A stretch of DNA of 64,000 nt, taken from contig CAVYRJ010000007.1 in assembly GCA_963770935.1 (NCBI GenBank), positions 1 through 64,000 on the forward strand, in the 5' to 3' direction. This DNA comes from Candidatus Bathyarchaeota archaeon (GTDB lineage Archaea > Thermoproteota > Bathyarchaeia > Bathyarchaeales > Bathycorpusculaceae). The notes below the pieces were generated by a model. It was not told where the DNA came from, did not search any database, and saw only the letters and a program-made list of their open reading frames with translations. Position numbers and translations under genes: made by a program. The stretch's first letter is position 1; every line of letters begins with the position of its first letter. Shown here in pieces: positions 50,694 through 60,220 of the stretch.

Positions 50694-50708
50694 GAGATGT
50701 ACAGCAAA

Positions 50709-50774
50709 ATGGCTAAGCGTAAGCTGGATTGGCCTGAAGCTGACGATTTGGCACTTTTTGGAAGGGACAATTAG
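50709..50774 (+). pseudogene. eif2a: Internally deleted remnant of aIF2-alpha
   Basis: MAKRKLDWPEADDLALFGRDN* in the slot between rps27e and nop10; N-terminus resembles the aIF2a S1-domain start (WPE.GDLV). Confidence 0.7.
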
Positions 50775-50944
50775 TGGTTTGGCAACTACGCAAATGCGTA
50801 AACTGCGAAAAATACACATTAAATAAAACTATTTGCCCCTATTGTGGTGGACCTGTGAGAATTCCGCATCCAGCCAAATTTTCCCCAGACGATAAATACC
50901 TAAAGTATCGTATGGCAATGAAAAGGAGCGCTACAACAGAATGA
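50774..50944 (+). CDS. nop10: Nop10 (absent from ORF track)
   Basis: Manual translation MVWQLRKCVNCEKYTLNKTICPYCGGPVRIPHPAKFSPDDKYLKYR. Confidence 0.93.
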   Translation: MVWQLRKCVNCEKYTLNKTICPYCGGPVRIPHPAKFSPDDKYLKYRMAMKRSATTE

Positions 50945-51711
50945 AAGAAACATACATCAAAGAATTTGCCGAAATACATCCCAACAACCCTATCCTCATC
51001 GAAGGTCTTCCAGGTTTAGGACTTGTAGGCAAAATCGCACTCCGCTATCTAATTAAACAATTAAAAGCTAAAAAAATCGCCTACCTCTACTCACCACATT
51101 TCCCCTACTTTGTTCTCGTCAACAAAAAAGGCAACGTACGACTCCTAAGAGGAGCATTCTACTATTACAAAAACCCAAAAGGAAACGACATAATCCTCTT
51201 CACTGGCGATAGCCAATCACAAACAATCGAAGGACAATACGAAATCGCCGACCGCATGCTGGACTTCTCTGAAAAACACGGCGTAAAAACAATCGCAACC
51301 ATCGGTGGCTACCGCATGGAACCCAAAGAGAAACCTAAAGTCTTCATAGCAGCAACCTCCCAAGACATCTTAAACAAAGCAATCCAGGCAGGCGCAACCC
51401 TGAGTGCCTCGGGAAGCCCAATTGTAGGCACAGCTGGACTAATACTTGGCTTGGCAAAGTTCAAAAAAATAGACGCTTTATGCCTGCTGGGTGAAACACG
51501 CGGTTATTTACCTGATCCTCTTGCCGCCAAAAGCGTTCTAGAAGTGTTAGTGTCAACTTTCAATTTCGACTTGGATCTTGCTGGCTTAAACGAGGAGATT
51601 GCAAAAGCTGAAACAATGGTTACCCGCCTACAGCAAATAGAAGAAAAACGCGCCGTACAAGCAGAAGAAACCAGAAAACAAGAAGACAAAAAAACAACGT
51701 ATATTTCTTAA
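50941..51711 (+). CDS. PAC2-family proteasome assembly chaperone
   Basis: EGLPGLGLVGKI, GDSQ, TIGGY, LLGETRGYLPDP. Confidence 0.9.
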   Translation: MKETYIKEFAEIHPNNPILIEGLPGLGLVGKIALRYLIKQLKAKKIAYLYSPHFPYFVLVNKKGNVRLLRGAFYYYKNPKGNDIILFTGDSQSQTIEGQYEIADRMLDFSEKHGVKTIATIGGYRMEPKEKPKVFIAATSQDILNKAIQAGATLSASGSPIVGTAGLILGLAKFKKIDALCLLGETRGYLPDPLAAKSVLEVLVSTFNFDLDLAGLNEEIAKAETMVTRLQQIEEKRAVQAEETRKQEDKKTTYIS

Positions 51712-52796
51712 GCAAAATTTTTCTTTATTATATCAACCGTCTTTGCGGCTGCTGTGCCATCCCCGAAAGGTGACGCAGAAGGCAACTTCTCTTTTTTCTC
51801 AATGGCTTCCTGTATAGCAGCTAAAATGTTGTCCTTGTTAGTTCCAACGATTTTGGCAAAGCCCGATTCAACGGCTTCCTGTCTCTCAGTAGACAAACGA
51901 ATAACCAGCACCCTTTTCCTTATGTCTGGAGCAGTTGCCTCTTCCTGTATACCCCCTGAATCGGTGATGATTAACCTGCAGTTTTTCATCAAAACCAAGA
52001 AATCCAAGTATCCCAACGGCGGAAGAATCAGAATGTTCTTCATTTTTTCCATTTGGGACAGCATGTTGTTTTCTTGCAGCCGCTTTTTTGTTCGCGGATG
52101 CATTGGGTAAACAATCGGCAGAGGAGATTTCGAGAAAACCTCCATAAACGACTCAAGAAATGCAACGTCATCGACGTTTTCTGCTCTGTGCGCTGTTGCT
52201 AAAGCGAACGTTTTGAAGGGAATCTTCTGCATTATGGTTGATTTCTTTTCGGCGATTGGCAGATGCTGAATTACGGCGTCGATGGCTGTATTTCCTGTGA
52301 GGTAGATTCTGCCCCAAACACTCTCTTTAATGAGATTAGCCTTGGCTCTCTCTGTTGGCACAAACAAGAAGTCGGATATGTGGTCGGTTAGGCGTCGGTT
52401 GTGTTCTTCAGGCATGCGAAGGTCAAAACTCCTTAAGCCAGCTTCCACATGACCCATAGGGATTGTGCGTTTGTTTGCCGCTAACGCCGATGATAACACT
52501 GTGTTTGTGTCGCCTTCCACTAAAACGATGGAGGGCTCAATCTTCTCCAGCAACTGATCCATCTTCATCAATATCTCAGCAGTCTGTGCTCCAGGCGAAG
52601 AAGCATCAATTTTTAATGCATAGTCGGGAGGTGCGAGTTCGAGGTTTTCGATAAATTGCTGAGACATGTTATAGTCGTAGTGTTGACCACAATGAACAAA
52701 TATGCAGGGTAGTTTGGCTTGGTTGAGGGCTCGAATTATCGGTGCCATCTTGATTATTTCAGGTCTGGTTCCTGCAACTACAACTACTGGCTTCAT
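51708..52796 (-). CDS. wecB: UDP-N-acetylglucosamine 2-epimerase
   Basis: GTRPEIIK, GQHYD, GDTNT, HVEAGLRS, TDSGGIQEE. Confidence 0.95.
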   Translation of the reverse strand: MKPVVVVAGTRPEIIKMAPIIRALNQAKLPCIFVHCGQHYDYNMSQQFIENLELAPPDYALKIDASSPGAQTAEILMKMDQLLEKIEPSIVLVEGDTNTVLSSALAANKRTIPMGHVEAGLRSFDLRMPEEHNRRLTDHISDFLFVPTERAKANLIKESVWGRIYLTGNTAIDAVIQHLPIAEKKSTIMQKIPFKTFALATAHRAENVDDVAFLESFMEVFSKSPLPIVYPMHPRTKKRLQENNMLSQMEKMKNILILPPLGYLDFLVLMKNCRLIITDSGGIQEEATAPDIRKRVLVIRLSTERQEAVESGFAKIVGTNKDNILAAIQEAIEKKEKLPSASPFGDGTAAAKTVDIIKKNFA

Positions 52797-52812
52797 CGCG
52801 CTCGTTTCTCGC

Positions 52813-54849
52813 TTATGTTTTCTTTAGGCATCCTTCCCGCGGCTCATAAATCGTTCCTTCCCGCAGCAGTTGCCCAATCATGCGTTCGATTTCGCCCCTT
52901 GGAATCTTCTGCTTAGTTTCCAGCTCGTTCACAAGTGCACCTTTCTCTACGATGCCCGTTATCTTCTCCATATCCATCAGCGTTGAAAGCACTACGTGTA
53001 ATCTGTCGCGGATGCTCTTTGGTCTTCCAGTCATAATCAAGTCAATGTCCACTTTGTATGAGGACATGTCGATTCCGACTTCCTCCAGCGAACGCTTCAT
53101 AATCGCAATTGCTGCATCAGCATCTTCCGCAGTAACTTCTTTGCGCAAGGCAACGCGTGCTCTGGCTTCAGCGACGCGAACCAGCGATTCAAGCTGACGT
53201 GCCGTTATTGCCACTGGTGAACCTTCGGTTTCGCTTGCGGAACGCATAGCTAAGTAAAAGTCACTGAGGCGATTTAATGCGTCATTGCCAAGCTCTGGCT
53301 TGATACCCTTAGCGAAACTGACATATTTCCGCAAAAGCTCCGCATCAACTTGTGCTTCTACAGGGCTCACTCCTCTTCTGTGAATTTCCAAAATGTGCCT
53401 GGACATTTTACTGTCCGATTCCTTGTTTGGCACATCTCGAAGAACGAAGATTAAGTCAAAACGTGAAAGGATGGTGACTGGTAGGGAAATGTTTTCTGCG
53501 ACGGTTCTGTTAGGTTCATACCTGCCCAATGATGGGTTTGCCGCTGCAAGAACCGCTGTTCTCGCGTTTAATGTAGCAACAATACCACCTTTTGCCACTG
53601 AAACTGTGTGCTGCTCCATGGCTTCGTGGATGGCAACACGGTCTTCGGGACGCATTTTGTCCATTTCATCGATGCATGCGATTCCTTTGTCGGCAAGAAC
53701 CAGTGCGCCTGCTTCAAGACTCATGCTTCCGCCTTTCTCTCGGACGACTGCTGCGGTTAAGCCTGCAGCGGTGGTTCCTCTGCCTGAAGTGTATAAGCCT
53801 CTTGGCGCAATTCTTGCAACATATTGGAGCAACTGCGATTTGGCTGTGCCTGGGTCACCTATGAGAAGCGCGTTCATTTCGCCTCTCACGTTCACGTCTG
53901 GCAGGCTTTTTGAAACTCCTCCGAAGAGCAGGTACATTATTGCTTCTTTGATGTGCTCTAAGCCAAAGATTGAGGGTGCAATGGAGCTCATGATTTTTTT
54001 GTGTACTAAGGGGTCTTTTGATAGTGCAATCATTTTTGCTTCTTCTTCAGGTGTGGGCGGTGATGTTTCAGGTTCTTTGCCTAAGACTTCTATGGAGTTG
54101 GCGTCTAGTTGGAGTATGAATGTGCGGAGTTTTCCCATGCCCATAAGCGAAGGTGCAAAGGCGCGTACGATGCCAACTATGGAAACGTGGTCTCCTGGTC
54201 TTGCAACATCCACTATTTCGTCTCCGATAAGTTTCACGGCTAACACACGGGGAAGTTGTCCTGGTGGGAGGTCTTCGGGTTTTTCTTGCAAGCGGAGGTC
54301 TTGTGAATCTATGAATGTGGATTCTTCTTGGCTAAACTCAAATGGTCCGTCTCTTCCACAATCAGGAGCAACACAAACTGCTGGAGCCTTCAAAAACTGC
54401 CCAGTCTGCTCAACTTGATTCATTGTGCCGCAGCGTTTGCATTTGAAAGCTGCTATCTGAACCATCGGTCGCACAGGTGTAGCCCGAACAACGATGCCTT
54501 CAATCATGATTAGCTTGCTCATCTGTCTTGAGCCGAGTTTTCGAAGTTGCTCTTTACCAAGGAGCTTCACGATTCTAACTATGACTTTCTCTGTTTTCTC
54601 AGCATATTCGGCATCTTCAATTCGAAGTTGCTCGTAAGCTCCTTTGCCTGAATGCTGCAGGTACTCTTCGGGCTTGTTAAGTAGCAGTTGCTCTGCAAGT
54701 GCTTGGTCAAAACCGTAGAGTTCTTCAAAATCGATTGTTAATGAGCCTTTTCCTGAAATGGCTAATTGCGCGATTTTTTGCCGGTATTTTTCTTTCTTGA
54801 AAAATTCTTGAAAACGCTGCTGAGGATCGATAGTTTCAAGCTTAGCCAT
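52813..54849 (-). CDS. mcm: MCM replicative helicase
   Basis: GDPGTAKSQ, IDEMDKM, AANP..GRY, LSRFDL, ITARQLE. Confidence 0.97.
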   Translation of the reverse strand: MAKLETIDPQQRFQEFFKKEKYRQKIAQLAISGKGSLTIDFEELYGFDQALAEQLLLNKPEEYLQHSGKGAYEQLRIEDAEYAEKTEKVIVRIVKLLGKEQLRKLGSRQMSKLIMIEGIVVRATPVRPMVQIAAFKCKRCGTMNQVEQTGQFLKAPAVCVAPDCGRDGPFEFSQEESTFIDSQDLRLQEKPEDLPPGQLPRVLAVKLIGDEIVDVARPGDHVSIVGIVRAFAPSLMGMGKLRTFILQLDANSIEVLGKEPETSPPTPEEEAKMIALSKDPLVHKKIMSSIAPSIFGLEHIKEAIMYLLFGGVSKSLPDVNVRGEMNALLIGDPGTAKSQLLQYVARIAPRGLYTSGRGTTAAGLTAAVVREKGGSMSLEAGALVLADKGIACIDEMDKMRPEDRVAIHEAMEQHTVSVAKGGIVATLNARTAVLAAANPSLGRYEPNRTVAENISLPVTILSRFDLIFVLRDVPNKESDSKMSRHILEIHRRGVSPVEAQVDAELLRKYVSFAKGIKPELGNDALNRLSDFYLAMRSASETEGSPVAITARQLESLVRVAEARARVALRKEVTAEDADAAIAIMKRSLEEVGIDMSSYKVDIDLIMTGRPKSIRDRLHVVLSTLMDMEKITGIVEKGALVNELETKQKIPRGEIERMIGQLLREGTIYEPREGCLKKT

Positions 54850-54851
54850 CT

Positions 54852-55406
54852 TTACTTCTCTCCTGCGTTTTCTAAAATCTTTGTTTTCCATTCGGATATG
54901 ATTTTGACTAGTTGCTCGTAGACGAGTCTTTCTTCGCTTGTGAATTTTTTCAGAACCTGGTCACTTTGGGCTGGAGCGGCGGATATGGCGACTATTTTTT
55001 TTAGTCGTGAGTTTACGATGTCGCGTGCTAACTGTTTTGCACGGTCGTATTCCTGGTATTTCTCGGATTGTTTTGAGGCTTGCTCTTTTAGGTCAGCGAT
55101 GAACCTGCGGAGTTTCGGGTAAAAGTCTCCTGGCAACTCAGAGATTTGTCCCGGAATTTGTACGCCTTCTTTCCATTGTACCTTAAACAGTTTGGTGGCG
55201 TCAAGGATTTCGTCTTCTCGGAAATGTACCATTCCTGCTGCAGCAAGTTCTTTTGCTACCCAAAAATAAATCTCGTACTCATTGCCTTCGTCAAAGGGTC
55301 CAACAGTAAGCCCTGCAAGCTTGATTTCTGGGCAGTTGCGGTTGGCTACGATTTTAACTAGGGAATTCTCATAACAAAAGTCCAGTTTGCATATTTTCGC
55401 TGCCAA
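54852..55406 (-). CDS. GINS subunit (Gins23-like)
   Basis: N-terminal B-domain (EIYFWVAKEL), LPGDFY, RLKKIV, T.EE..Y; directly upstream of mcm. Confidence 0.82.
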   Translation of the reverse strand: MAAKICKLDFCYENSLVKIVANRNCPEIKLAGLTVGPFDEGNEYEIYFWVAKELAAAGMVHFREDEILDATKLFKVQWKEGVQIPGQISELPGDFYPKLRRFIADLKEQASKQSEKYQEYDRAKQLARDIVNSRLKKIVAISAAPAQSDQVLKKFTSEERLVYEQLVKIISEWKTKILENAGEK

Positions 55407-55716
55407 CCTTGTTCCCTCTCAATCTGTTTTGCCCTTAACGGGATTCAACACATATAGCGAGATTACGTTTAAGGCTTGCTAGAAAAATAAATTAAACAAT
55501 CTGGAACCCGAGAGCTCCTTTTTTGTCTACACTCTTCTATTTAGAGGGCAGAATAGGTGGATTTGGAAGCGACCAGTCACTCACAGAGAACTATCTGCCT
55601 TCTATTTTTAGATTTAACACTTCCACGGCATTCCAAGTAAGCCTCAAAGGTTCATTTGTTAGAAATTTAGCATTTAAAAACTAGCAAAACTTAGTCTATC
55701 AGTTATTCACTGTCGC

Positions 55717-55734
55717 TTTTCTGGTTTCAGGAAA
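55717..55734. promoter_or_regulatory. Imperfect palindromic operator-like site
   Basis: TTTTCTGGTTTCAGGAAA; its reverse complement matches 57429-57446 at 17/18. Confidence 0.45.
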
Positions 55735-55776
55735 TTGTTTTGAGAATTAATCATCAACAACATGTGGAGGGTTTAG

Positions 55777-56037
55777 GTGGAATCTGCAACTGATTTTCTT
55801 TCAGACTTCCAGCGTAACAATCGATGGATAATTGAGAATTATAACAATTTAAAAAAGGCGTATAACAACAAATGGATAGCTGCCTCAAACAACGCAGTAT
55901 TAGATCATGATTCTGATTTGAAAAAGCTTGTAAAAAGACTAAAAACTCATTACTTAGAAGTTTACGGTCAAATCGCGGTAGAATACATTACTTCTGAAGA
56001 ATTAGAGAAACTAAATGAATCAAGGCCACAGTCCTAG
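55777..56037 (+). CDS. DUF5678-like small protein
   Basis: W...NY..LK..Y.NKWIA....VLDHD.DL pattern. Confidence 0.6.
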   Translation: MESATDFLSDFQRNNRWIIENYNNLKKAYNNKWIAASNNAVLDHDSDLKKLVKRLKTHYLEVYGQIAVEYITSEELEKLNESRPQS

Positions 56038-57270
56038 GACTTTTATTGCGTTTGCAACTCTGCCCACTCCCAACATTAGGGCTCCTGTGCGCATGTCACT
56101 TTCTTCTTTAGCAACTATTGCCTCTACGTCATTGAAGGCTTTAGTCATCTTTTCTTCAAGTTTTCTGTTGACTTTTTCGAGTGGCCATTGTTCGCGAGTT
56201 AGGTTTTGAACCCATTCAAAGTAGCTGACGGTTACACCGCCGGCGTTTGCGAGGATGTCTGGGATGAGACAGATTTCTTTCTCGTACAAAACTTTGTCTG
56301 CTTCAGGGGTTGTCGGTCCGTTTGCTGCCTCAGCAACCACCTTGGCTTTGATTTTGTTAGCGTTCTTGCAAGTAATCTGGTTCTCAACCGCTGCGGGAAT
56401 AAGTACATCACACTGCAATTCAAGCAACTCTTCGTTGGTTATGTTCCGGCAGCCTTTGTAGTTTTGAACGCTGCTGGTTTTTTCTTTGTGCGCTAAAACC
56501 TCCTGTGGAATTAAGCCGTCTGGGCAGAAAATTCCTCCTGTGGAGTCACTTGCTGCTATGACTTTGCAGCCGATTTCGTTTGCCGCCACCGCCGCGTGGT
56601 ATCCTACGTTTCCAAAGCCCTGAATAGCAACCGAGGCTCCTTTGAGTTTTAATCCGTTGTTTTCTGATGCTTGTTTTACGCAGTGCATCACGCCTCTGCC
56701 TGTGGCTTCTGTTCTGCCCCAAGAACCTCCGATTTCGACTGGCTTACCGGTCGCACTTTCGGGTATGCTATAGCCTTTAAGTTGGCTGTAGGTGTCCATT
56801 ATCCATGCCATAGTTTGAGCGTCGGTGTACATGTCAGGCGCTGGAATGTCCCGATGCGGTCCAAGGTATTCGGCGATTAAGCTTACGTACCTTCGGGTTA
56901 AGCGTTCGAGTTCGTGTTTGCTTAGTTTTTTAGAGTCGACGCATACACCACCTTTGGCTCCGCCGAACGGTATGTGGGCGATGGCGCATTTCCAAGTCAT
57001 TAACATCGCGAGCGCAGTGACTTCGTCGAGGGTAATGTTTGGGTGGTAGCGGATTCCGCCTTTGAAGGGTCCACGTGCATCCCAATGCTGAACCCGAACA
57101 CCGTTAAAGACGTTAACTGCTCCGTTATCCATTCGGATGTCTATGCTGACTATGATTGAGCGTTTAGGTTGGCTTAGCATCTTATGCATTCCGGAATCCA
57201 GCCTGAGCTTTTTGGATGCTAATTTCAGTTGGGATAAAGCAACGGTTAGTGGTGTGTGTTCTTCCGCCAT
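56020..57270 (-). CDS. gdhA: Glutamate dehydrogenase
   Basis: GPFKGGIRYHP, MTWKC, GGAKGG, DIPAPD, QGFGNVG, NAGGVTVSYFEWVQN. Confidence 0.95.
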   Translation of the reverse strand: MAEEHTPLTVALSQLKLASKKLRLDSGMHKMLSQPKRSIIVSIDIRMDNGAVNVFNGVRVQHWDARGPFKGGIRYHPNITLDEVTALAMLMTWKCAIAHIPFGGAKGGVCVDSKKLSKHELERLTRRYVSLIAEYLGPHRDIPAPDMYTDAQTMAWIMDTYSQLKGYSIPESATGKPVEIGGSWGRTEATGRGVMHCVKQASENNGLKLKGASVAIQGFGNVGYHAAVAANEIGCKVIAASDSTGGIFCPDGLIPQEVLAHKEKTSSVQNYKGCRNITNEELLELQCDVLIPAAVENQITCKNANKIKAKVVAEAANGPTTPEADKVLYEKEICLIPDILANAGGVTVSYFEWVQNLTREQWPLEKVNRKLEEKMTKAFNDVEAIVAKEESDMRTGALMLGVGRVANAIKVLGLWP

Positions 57271-57319
57271 AAAGCAAGCCTTCTATTAACAAATGTTAAG
57301 CAGATTGGCTAGATAAGAA

Positions 57320-57350
57320 TTTTGTGTGTTTGGTTGATGCTTTTGTATAC
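57320..57350. repeat. 31-bp dispersed intergenic repeat, copy 2
   Basis: Identical to 22827-22857. Confidence 0.85.
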
Positions 57351-57428
57351 AAATTATTAATTTGGTACTTTTGCTTGGTTAATTGTTGAGGCATAAAACA
57401 CTGATTATGATCCTTTTCAAGGCAAAAC

Positions 57429-57446
57429 TTTCCTGAATCCAGAAAA
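57429..57446. promoter_or_regulatory. Imperfect palindromic operator-like site
   Basis: TTTCCTGAATCCAGAAAA; matches the 55717 site. Confidence 0.45.
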
Positions 57447-57511
57447 TGGGCGTTTCAAGAGAGCGTTAAGCTTAAAAGCCAAACCATTTTATATTTAATT
57501 AGGGAAAATCA

Positions 57512-57871
57512 ATGGCATTTGATTTTGTTGCATTATTAATTCAAATCGTCATAGGCATCATTGTAGTTGCACCGATACTTTGGCTAGTTGGAAGAGCATT
57601 AGCAGGAAAAGACAAAGCAAAATTCACAGACGCCATCTGGATAGTTGTTCTAGGAACAATCATAGGCGCAGTCGTTGGCGCCCTCGTAGGCAGCCTGATA
57701 TCAGCAATAATAATGTTCATTATTTGGCTTGCACTAATAAAGCACTTTTTCGACTGCGGATGGCTAAAAGCATTCGTAATTGCTGTAATCGCGGTCATTG
57801 TCTTCATAATCATTGTGTTGATATTAGCAGCCATCGGCATTGGCATAATAGCACTGGGTTTGGGTTTCTAA
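57512..57871 (+). CDS. Small four-TM membrane protein
   Basis: Highly hydrophobic; IKHFFDCGWLKA loop. Confidence 0.75.
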   Translation: MAFDFVALLIQIVIGIIVVAPILWLVGRALAGKDKAKFTDAIWIVVLGTIIGAVVGALVGSLISAIIMFIIWLALIKHFFDCGWLKAFVIAVIAVIVFIIIVLILAAIGIGIIALGLGF

Positions 57872-58081
57872 ATCCGGTGCCCACCACTTTTTTAAAATCA
57901 TGTTCTTTTATATTTCTTGCTGTATGCATCTTTTGATTTGTTCTGTTTGACTTGGACATTTTTGCCTGTTTTTATGCGATCTTGAAGCTCGTTCAAATGC
58001 AAAGTTTATTACTGGATTTTATGTCAGTAATTTTTTGTCTTCTGATGTTTATTCTAAAAAAATAAAAAAGAAAAGATTGTT

Positions 58082-59692
58082 TTAATAGTCAAGAATTTTC
58101 TTGACTGCGTCGTTTTCTACTTCATGAGCCAACGGAATGCCGGTGACTTGCGTCGCTATCGTGCTTAGGCTCATCAGATCGTCGCGTTTTAGCAAGCCAA
58201 GATTCCATTTGCGGTTGCCTGCCATCAACTGTTTCAAGCCAACGCCGACTCTGTCCGTTAGGTATGTATAGACGCCTATGCTTTCCAGTGGGATATCGCT
58301 GAAGCGATTGCCGTATTTTGCTTTTAGTTCGGGTGTTGCAATGAAGAATTTGTCTGGCGTTGCACCGAATTTTTCTACGAAACTCTTGGGTAGTTTGCCC
58401 TCTTTCGCGAGTTGTCTGAAGTAATTTGCTTTCATGGCTGCAGTGATAGGTGATCGTCCCATTAGAACCGCTTTTACTAATGGTCCTTGTCCGAAGTTGC
58501 TCATCGCTATGGTTTTGAATATGGAGGTTTCTTCGATGAAGCCGCCTGCCATAACGAGGTCTGGGACGTACTTGCCTTTCTTCTTGAGGATTTGTGCGCA
58601 TTGCATGACTAGTGCTTGCAGGTACAGTGTGGGAATGCTCATTTCATCCATCATGGGTACGGGGCTCATGCCTGTTCCGCCGCCTGCGCCGTCAAAACTT
58701 AGGGCATCGATTTTTGCTTCTGAGGCCCATTTCATTGTGTATGCTACTGCTGAGGGTCTGTATGCGCCTGTTTTAAGGAAGACTTTTTTGGCGCCCTGTT
58801 TACGAAGCCAATCGATGTCTTCTAGGAAGCCTTTTTCTTTGGGTATGCCGACTCGGCTGTGGCGCTCAAAGGTGTTGAATACGCCGTCTTTGAAGGCTTG
58901 CTGAACCACTGGGTCTTCTGGGTCGGGAATAACGATGTAGCCGCGGTTCTTAAGCAAAATTGCTTTCTGCAGGTCTTTTAGACGTACTTCGCCGCCGATG
59001 GCTTTGGCGCCTTGACCCCATTTGCGTTCGATTATGTTTACTTCGAGTTTGGATAAAGCGTAAGCGTCTATGCCGAGTCTTTGGTCTTCAACGTTTGTTT
59101 GAATGATGACGTCGCCGTATTTTCCATCCCAGAACTTGCGGAATGAGTCGACTCTTCGTTTTAGTTCGGGTGAATGGGTTATTTTGTCTTTGGTTAATGT
59201 GGCTTCTGTGTCCATGCCTGCGATGTTTTCGCCAATCGTTACTGATACGCCTGATAGTGCTGCTCCAATTGCTAGGGCATCCCAGTTTGCGCGTGCAACT
59301 TCTGTGGAGCCGAAAGCGCCTGTTAATATTGGGAGTTTAAGGGGCATTCCGCCTATGACTGTTTCTATGTTTGCGTTTGGGAATATGGCTGCTTCTGAAG
59401 TTTCCGGTATGCCTTGGGCATCGAAGAGTCCTGCTTGTATGCTGAAGTGTGACCAGTCTAAGCCGAAGTTTTTGAGTGCTCCTGCGGTGCTGGTTCCGAA
59501 TTGTGCTGGTTCAGGGTAGAGTGCTTCTCGTCCTCTGAAGGCTGAGAGGCTGATTTCGCATAGGATTGGGCAGTCGTGGATGCAGATGGGGCACATGCCA
59601 CTGATTGTGCTTGTGTCTTTGACTCTGGTGTTTGTTCCAACTGTTGATTTTCCGTTTAGATATGAACTGTTTTTATGTACTCTTTCACTCAT
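58082..59692 (-). CDS. FMN-binding glutamate synthase family protein (stand-alone)
   Basis: CPIC..DC..LC, KWGQGAKAIGGE, KTGAY, DGAGGGTGMSP, MAGG. Confidence 0.88.
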   Translation of the reverse strand: MSERVHKNSSYLNGKSTVGTNTRVKDTSTISGMCPICIHDCPILCEISLSAFRGREALYPEPAQFGTSTAGALKNFGLDWSHFSIQAGLFDAQGIPETSEAAIFPNANIETVIGGMPLKLPILTGAFGSTEVARANWDALAIGAALSGVSVTIGENIAGMDTEATLTKDKITHSPELKRRVDSFRKFWDGKYGDVIIQTNVEDQRLGIDAYALSKLEVNIIERKWGQGAKAIGGEVRLKDLQKAILLKNRGYIVIPDPEDPVVQQAFKDGVFNTFERHSRVGIPKEKGFLEDIDWLRKQGAKKVFLKTGAYRPSAVAYTMKWASEAKIDALSFDGAGGGTGMSPVPMMDEMSIPTLYLQALVMQCAQILKKKGKYVPDLVMAGGFIEETSIFKTIAMSNFGQGPLVKAVLMGRSPITAAMKANYFRQLAKEGKLPKSFVEKFGATPDKFFIATPELKAKYGNRFSDIPLESIGVYTYLTDRVGVGLKQLMAGNRKWNLGLLKRDDLMSLSTIATQVTGIPLAHEVENDAVKKILDY

Positions 59693-59878
59693 TTGTTCAT
59701 TTCTCCAAGTTCCACTAACGTTAAATTGAACACCATTGCGTTTGTTCAGTATTTAACACTATTCAATAGCATCTATACGAAAAAAACGATGTTTATACGA
59801 AATAAATGTAACAACCGTTCAACATTATACATGACTTATAAAAACAATTTAGACCGCAGAAAATGCTTGGACAATTGT

Positions 59879-60214
59879 CTAAAACTTTTCAAGATACTGT
59901 TCAAACTGCTTCCTATCTCTCAAACAGTTGGGACAAACACATCCAAACGGAAGATTCTTGGTAGTGCACAGATCATCGTATTTGCATTCACCACATGCAA
60001 AATCTTTGCCGCAGCGCGTGCAGCTTTGAAGAAAAACCACTTCAGTGTTAAGGATGCCTCCAATTATATCCATGAGCTTCTCGATGTTGTTGTAGCTTTT
60101 AATGGAGAAGACACCTTGCTCTCGGTTGTATTCGCAGCCCAAATTCATGAGGAGAATGAACTTTTCTTTTTCAACCCGTGGAAGCTTGAAAGCTTTCTTG
60201 TTCAAAACCGCCAT
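59879..60214 (-). CDS. Hypothetical Cys-rich (zinc-binding) protein
   Basis: CTRC...C.EC....C...CVCPNC. Confidence 0.7.
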   Translation of the reverse strand: MAVLNKKAFKLPRVEKEKFILLMNLGCEYNREQGVFSIKSYNNIEKLMDIIGGILNTEVVFLQSCTRCGKDFACGECKYDDLCTTKNLPFGCVCPNCLRDRKQFEQYLEKF

Positions 60215-60220
60215 TTTTGC

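Noticed and set aside
53393-54418. 341-aa plus-strand ORF
   Set aside because: Antisense shadow of mcm with no recognisable motifs; the same applies to most short overlapping ORFs in the track
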